A DNA stretch of 13,914 nucleotides from Octopus sinensis (taxonomy: Eukaryota), in NCBI RefSeq assembly GCF_006345805.1, contig NW_021826050.1:1-13914 (forward strand). The letters are read 5' to 3'. Below the pieces are notes generated by a model. That model was not told the DNA's origin. It made no database searches and saw only the letters and a list, made by a program, of their open reading frames with translations. Made by a program: the position numbers and the translations under genes. This document shows, one piece after another, positions 9,150 through 13,914 of this stretch (positions are counted from its first letter, which is position 1; each line of letters starts with the position of its first letter).

Positions 9150-9375
9150 GTTGCTGGTGTTAAACTCCAGTTCAGCCGTAAGCGTGCGTAGATTGCAGAA
9201 CTTTGACGAAAGATGTTCCCACCATAGCCATCTTCTCTTGATTAGAGTCACTATGTCGAAGACAATATCATCCTATTCCATATGAAGGTAGGATGTAATT
9301 TTCAAAGAAATTTGACTAGTATTTCTAGCAAATTTGGTTGCCACCTTGAGTCATTTGTCAAATAAAGAGCCCTCC
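9150..9375 (+). mobile_element. Degenerate interspersed repeat, type E, class unknown
   Basis: Weak similarity to the reverse complement of 1933-2010 and to 8345-8425 (GAAATTTG....ATTTCTAGCA-like motif). It resembles a repeat I recall from Octopus sequence. Confidence 0.35.
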
Positions 9376-9398
9376 ATTATGTTGTTGTTTTAAGATGT

Positions 9399-9666
9399 CT
9401 CTCTCTGCACCCTTTTCAAGTCTAGCCAGGTTCATGGGCCCGGTTTCCCGGTTTCTGTGGCGTATGTGTTCCCCCCCCCCCACAGCTGGGGGAAACAGGA
9501 AGAGAGAGTGAGAGAAAGTTGAGGCGAAAGAGTACAACAGGGATCGCCACCCCACCCCACCCCTGCCTCGTGGAGCTTTAGGTGTTTTCGCTCAATAAAC
9601 GCACGTAACACCCAGTCTGGGAATCGAAACCGCGATCCTCCAACCGCGAGTCCATTGCAGCGCTAC
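9399..9666 (-). mobile_element. SINE type A variant, 5'-rearranged, with a 12-bp target-site duplication
   Basis: GTTTTAAGATGT occurs at 9387-9398 and 9667-9678. The 3' module CATGGGCCCGGTTTCCCGGTTTC...GGCGTATG matches 715-750. Minus-strand B-box GGTTTCGATTCCC is present, there is no A-box, and the tail is (AG)n. Confidence 0.88.
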
Positions 9667-9705
9667 GTTTTAAGATGTTGAGTAATGCTAATATTATTTG
9701 TTTAT

Positions 9706-9928
9706 AGGGCAACGAGCTGGTAGAAATGTTAGCAAGCTGGGCGAAATGATTAGCAGTATTTCGTCTGTCTTTACGTTCTGAGTTCAAATTCCGCCGAGGT
9801 CGACTTTGCCTTTAATCATTTCGGGGTCGATAAAATAAGTACCAGTTGCGTACTAGGGTCGATCTAATCGACTTAATCCCTTCCCAAAAATGTCGGTCAT
9901 TGTGCCTAGAGTAGAAAAGAATATTATT
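9706..9928 (+). mobile_element. SINE type B (copy B7), full length
   Basis: AGGGCAACGAGCTGGTAGAAATGTTAGC head; GTTCTGAGTTCAAATTCCGCCGAGGTCGACTTTGCCTTT core identical to B3; 3' end TTGTGCCTAGAGTAGAAAAG. Confidence 0.92.
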
Positions 9929-9937
9929 GGTTTATCG

Positions 9938-10148
9938 AAGGTAACGAACTGGTGGAATCGTTATCGGACAAATCGCTTAGCGACATTTCATCCGTCTTCA
10001 CAGTCTGAGTTCAAATTTGCCGAGGTCGACTTTGCCTTTTACCTTTCGGAGTCGATAACTTAAATACCGATTGAGCACTGGGTGTGATGTAATCGACTTA
10101 CACCCTTCCACGAATTCGTTGGCCTTCTGCCAGAATTTGAAATCAATA
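9938..10148 (+). mobile_element. SINE type B (copy B8)
   Basis: AAGGTAACGAACTGGTGGAATCGTTA head; CTGAGTTCAAATTTGCCGAGGTCGACTTTGCCTTT core; GATGTAATCGACTTA 3' motif. Confidence 0.9.
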
Positions 10149-10515
10149 ACATGGGTTTATTCGGATCGTTAGATCTTCAAACAAACGCCATTATCGAGAG
10201 ACGTTTACATCCTGACTTTCAAATCCTTCCTAAATCAATTCTGTGTACCTTCATAAACAGTTAGATTAAAGAATATACTAGTTGAGTAGTGGAATAATTT
10301 AATCCATCCATCTTCTCAGCTCCCTATTCCTGGGAATTTCGAGAAGTTGAGTCTTTAGGTACCCGCTTCATAGTGTTCTAAGCGTGACCATCTCAGACGA
10401 TGGTTATTACCCAACAAGTTCGTTCTTCGTCTACCTTTGGTCTCGTACTGTTGGCTCTGCTTGAAGAATCCAACTGGCGATTCTTTCCTGCGGCAGTCTA
10501 CTCACGTGTCTACAA

Positions 10516-10922
10516 GGCCCAGTGGTTAGAATATGAGGCACACAATCATGAGGAAGTGAGTTCAATTCCCGGACCTGGCGATGTGTTGTGTTCTTGAGCA
10601 AGACACTTTATTTTCACATTGCTGCAGTTCATTCAACTATAGAAATGAGTTGCGATGTCAATGGTGCCAATCTGTATCGGACTTTGCCTTTCCCTTGGAT
10701 AACATCGGTGGCTTGGATGCCTTTCCCTTGGATAACATCGGCGGCTTCCATGCTTTTCGTATGCAAGCCAGCGGGGCTCGCTCTGAGCACTCTAATTTTT
10801 TCACAGTGAACGTACCGGCCACCTACCTCGGACACTCGGCAAAGGGTCTTGCTCGGACGAGCACCTTGGAGGGGAACTTTCTAGGTGCAATCCCATGGTC
10901 ATTCATGACCGAAGGGGGTCTT
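10516..10922 (+). mobile_element. tRNA-derived SINE, type D (copy D2), nested in the RTE remnant
   Basis: GGCCCAGTGGTTAG (A-box), GAGTTCAATTCCCGG (B-box), body TTGTGTTCTTGAGCAAGACACTTTATTTTCAC, and 3' end TTTCTAGGTGCAATCCCATGGTCATTCATGACC matching D1. Confidence 0.9.
10686..10751 (+). repeat. 33-bp tandem duplication inside SINE D2
   Basis: GCCTTTCCCTTGGATAACATCGGTGGCTTGGAT / GCCTTTCCCTTGGATAACATCGGCGGCTTCCAT, 30/33 identical. Confidence 0.95.
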
Positions 10923-11479
10923 AGTACCGGAGTTATGTCATTTCCATCCGAAGAAGTAGCGGCTGCACCGAGAGATCCACCATGATCTCCGACCTACACA
11001 CTCTATCAGATAACATTGATCCCGATATACTTCAGAGGAAGCTCATTTCGGCTGATTGTTTTTACAATCGTATATTGTCGGTCATTAGCCAACATTCATG
11101 ACGATGGGTGACTACTGATATCACCGAAAATTTAAGCCTTGTGATCATACTTAAAGTCAATATTATTGTAGTCGGCATTAGAAATAATATTATCGTTATG
11201 GTAAACAATTTAAGCTGATATGCTCGAAGCATTTTTCATTTCTTCTTTCGCGTCGTCAAAAGTTATATTAAAAAGGATAAAAGTTGATTGATATCGCAAT
11301 TCAAACTGATTACAAAATTATTCCTGTACCAATTTTAAATATATTTTGTGTAATGCATTTTCCTATTATTAGTGTCATGGTTTCATCAACTGCTGCTTGA
11401 CTCAATTCAATTTACATTTCTGATTGTTTTCTAGGCTGCGATTGTAATATTTTAGATCGCCTCTATATAATCCTCCTTG

Positions 11480-11561
11480 TATATACGTACGGACATACAT
11501 TCATACATACATGCATACATACAATTAAATATGTGGAGATATATATATATATACATATACA

Positions 11562-11624
<63 letters not shown>

Positions 11625-12360
11625 GTATATATATGTATATATATATGTATGTGTATATGTATATATATATATCTATGTATATATGTATATATGTATATAT
11701 ACATATATATACGTATATATTTGTATATCTATATGCATATATATATATATGTATATACATACTTACATACATAGAAATATAAGTAGATAGATACTTAGAT
11801 AGACAGATAAAGAAATAAAAAGATGGATAGATATGCATATATATATATATATGCACGTAAATATATATGCATATACGTATGTATAATCACACACCCATAT
11901 ACACAAATGTATGTGTGCATGCACTTAAATAAGTATGTGCATATGCGTGTGTGTATATGTGTATATACATATATACATATATATATGTATGTGTGTGTGT
12001 GTGTGTGTATGTATGCACTTATATAAGTATTTGTACATGTGTGTGTATATATGTATATATGTATATACATATAAACACCCACACATATACACATGGTTAT
12101 TTAAGTGCATATACACATACATATGTATATATGGGTGTGTGTTTATACATACGTATATATGTGAGAGGGAGAGACAGAGCAAGTGTGAGTTAGAGATATG
12201 TACGTACGTACTTACATTCATTCATACATACATACATACATACATACATACATACATACATACATACATACATACATACATACATACATACATACATTCA
12301 TTCATACATACATACATACATCATACATACATACATACATACATACATACATACATACAG
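11480..12360. repeat. Long compound (TA)/(TG)/(CA) microsatellite block ending in (CATA)n
   Basis: Direct reading; (CATA)n at about 12226-12358. It generates all ORFs at 11452-12462. Confidence 0.95.
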
Positions 12361-12768
12361 AAACCCGTAGACAGAAGAGAGAGGAAATCTAATAATGACC
12401 AACTTATATTTTGCAATCTATTACAGTTGTTAATCGTATTTTCCATAAACCGCAAAGTATAATATAAATATAATTAAATTCTGTTGTTTATAAGCAGAAC
12501 TACAGAAATGTTGACAAAAATATCATCATAAAATAAAGAAATATTTTCGCTTGATTTTAAAATAACATGACATTTGTTGCAAACAACTATAAGAACTTAT
12601 TAATTGATAGCATCATCATATAGCCACCTCAAACTCATAAAAATAACAGTAAGTAAACTTCTAAACAACTTCCTTTGTGCAAGTACTGCCAGTGGAAAGC
12701 CTCGCATACCAGACGCCGGTAACTTTCAGGGGATTTTCAGGGAAAATGCATAATGTTTCAGGCGAGGT

Positions 12769-12997
12769 CTAACTCTTTAGTATTTAAACCGGCTACATCT
12801 GACTCAGATATTCTACTGGTTTTATATTCAAAATGACCAGTTGTAGCCTCTCATACATAACCGACAATGTCATTTTAAATATTTATATATCAGGTCATCA
12901 AAATCACGAAGACGGAGCACAGTGCAGGATTAATTCGAAATAACGTGAATAAATAAGTATCACATTTGACAAAGTTATCTGATTACTAAAGGATTAA
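12769..12997. mobile_element. piggyBac-like MITE
   Basis: Left TAACTCTTTAGTATT (12770-12784) vs reverse complement of right TAATCCTTTAGTAAT (12982-12996), 12/15. The ends fit TTAA|CCCTTT...AAAGGG|TTAA, with TTAA intact on the right and CTAA on the left. No ORF. Confidence 0.7.
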
Positions 12998-13110
12998 AGA
13001 ATTTCTTTAATCAGAAGACCCGTTTTCGGCTAATAGTGAAACGCACTTTAAGAAAATGGAAATCTTACTGATATGTTAGCAGCAAATGTCTTCTTTTGTT
13101 CCTTCTTTAT

Positions 13111-13612
13111 TATTGTGTTGTCTGGAAAGTTCGTGCCGATTTTTAAAGGAAAGAAAAAGGTCAATAAAATTACATTTTTAATCAACCAACTATGAACCCT
13201 TTTGTTGCACAGTGCGTCTCCATCTATCCTTTAACTTAAAAATACCCTCTTCCCAGAATTGTAGGGGTCTAATGGGAAAGAATTCATCAAGGTATCTTTT
13301 TACGTCATCCAAAGAATTGAAACATCACCGTAAACTGCGCATATTTCTATGGTTGCTTGTGAGGCATATTTCCCTTTACGAAAAAAGAGAAGCATCAAGT
13401 GCCGAAAATGAACTTTCTTATCTTCCATTTTAAAGGGTTACAGAATTAATACAGGTTATAGGAACATAAACCTCCTCCCACGAAAAGATAGCTTAAACTG
13501 TGCTCTAAATGGAAGTGTAGTCAAATCCTATTTTATGGACTGAACCATGTTCTAAAATAAGTCGAAAGGTAAGCTACTATAAATCGGCACGAACTTTCCG
13601 GACAACCCAATA
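13111..13612 (-). mobile_element. Internally deleted mariner (Tc1/mariner) element
   Basis: TA plus TIR TATTGTGTTGTCTGGAAAGTTCGTGCCGATTT (13111-13142) vs reverse complement of 13581-13612 TATTGGGTTGTCCGGAAAGTTCGTGCCGATTT, 30/32. TA target duplication on both sides; transposase pieces inside. Confidence 0.95.
13178..13428 (-). pseudogene. mariner transposase remnant: N-terminus fused out of frame to C-terminus
   Basis: ATG at 13428 gives MEDKKVHFRHLMLLFFRKGKYASQATIEICAVYGDV, the typical mariner N-terminus. From 13321 another frame gives FNSLDDVKRYLDEFFPIRPLQFWEEGIFKLKDRWRRTVQQKGS*LVD*, the typical mariner C-terminus. The whole catalytic DDD domain is missing. Confidence 0.92.
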
Positions 13613-13914
13613 ATATCTTTTAGCAGTTACTTTTTATCATTTACTTTTTTCTGTCATTAGACAATAGCCACAAAGGAACATCGACTTGCAGAGTTTTAGG
13701 ATAAGTAGCGGAGAAACTGAAGCTTGCTGGACTTTCTGAATGGCACGCCAACAAAAAAATTACCTTCAATATTTTCAGTAGTGCGACCCGCCTGGTGGTG
13801 AAAAATGCCTCATGCGGCTCGCTTTTTGATAAATGTTATCGGTGCATGGATTACACCATCAAATTTCTTGAAAAAGAATCTTGTGTGTATTCTATTTTCA
13901 CTTTTTTGCCGAAC

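Larger units (their letters stand above)
10303..11160 (-). mobile_element. RTE-clade (Rex3/Expander-like) LINE 3' remnant, copy 2, interrupted by SINE D2
   Basis: Minus-strand translation 11150 to 10924: TRLKFSVISVVTHRHECWLMTDNIRL*KQSAEMSFL*SISGSMLSDRVCRSEIMVDLSVQPLLLRMEMT*LRY. It resumes from about 10514: CRHVSRLPQERIASWILQAEPT/RPKGRRRTNLLGNNHRLRWSRLE, and ends in a GAAGATGGATGGA tail (10303-10315). GTCATGAATGTTGG is shared exactly with copy 1 (5963-5976 vs 11089-11102). Confidence 0.88.

Noticed and set aside
6654-10148. Repeated 30-50 bp GTCGAC-containing motifs that could suggest a CRISPR-like array
   Set aside because: Spacing is irregular, both orientations occur, and the homology extends about 200 bp. 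They are SINE copies in eukaryotic DNA.
10581-10985. 134-aa ORF with the repeat AFPLDNIGG, the most protein-looking ORF in the track
   Set aside because: It lies within SINE D2 and runs into the antisense strand of the RTE remnant. The peptide repeat is just the 33-bp DNA duplication.
11420-11480. Acceptor-like CTGATTGTTTTCTAG followed by a short segment
   Set aside because: No convincing donor or coding signal follows, and such motifs are common in AT-rich DNA.
11452-12462. ORFs up to 175 aa in the large microsatellite block
   Set aside because: Same artefact; they overlap in many frames on both strands.
13225-13440. CCTTTAA ... TTAAAGGGTTA, resembling a second piggyBac-like MITE
   Set aside because: Both motifs lie inside the mariner and are explained by its transposase codons and 5' UTR.
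13777-13914. CAGTAGTGCGACCCGC...ATGCGGCTCGC (hAT-end-like) and terminal TTTTGCCGAAC (matches SINE C near 3850)
   Set aside because: The matches are too short and the window ends before they can be extended.

Overview
AT-rich, non-coding eukaryotic DNA built almost entirely from microsatellites and decayed transposable elements. I find no intact host gene, rRNA, true tRNA or CRISPR array. The repeat families match my recollection of Octopus (coleoid cephalopod) repeats; this is inference and has not been checked by a search. Retroelements: at least four tRNA-headed SINE types (labelled A-D here; 13 copies, 8 of type B), two RTE-clade (Rex3/Expander-like) LINE remnants, one of them split by a nested SINE, and one R4/Dong-type reverse transcriptase remnant. 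DNA transposons: a hAT-like non-autonomous element, a piggyBac-like MITE, and an internally deleted mariner with 30/32 TIRs and readable N- and C-terminal transposase pieces. Nearly all supplied ORFs are microsatellite or SINE artefacts. The real coding remnants (RTE, R4/Dong, mariner) are absent from the ORF track because they are broken or short. The best leads are module swapping among the SINE families, a rearranged SINE inside a perfect 12-bp target-site duplication, the mariner deletion derivative, and two unexplained segments bracketed by direct repeats. I see no convincing evidence of a new host biological system.
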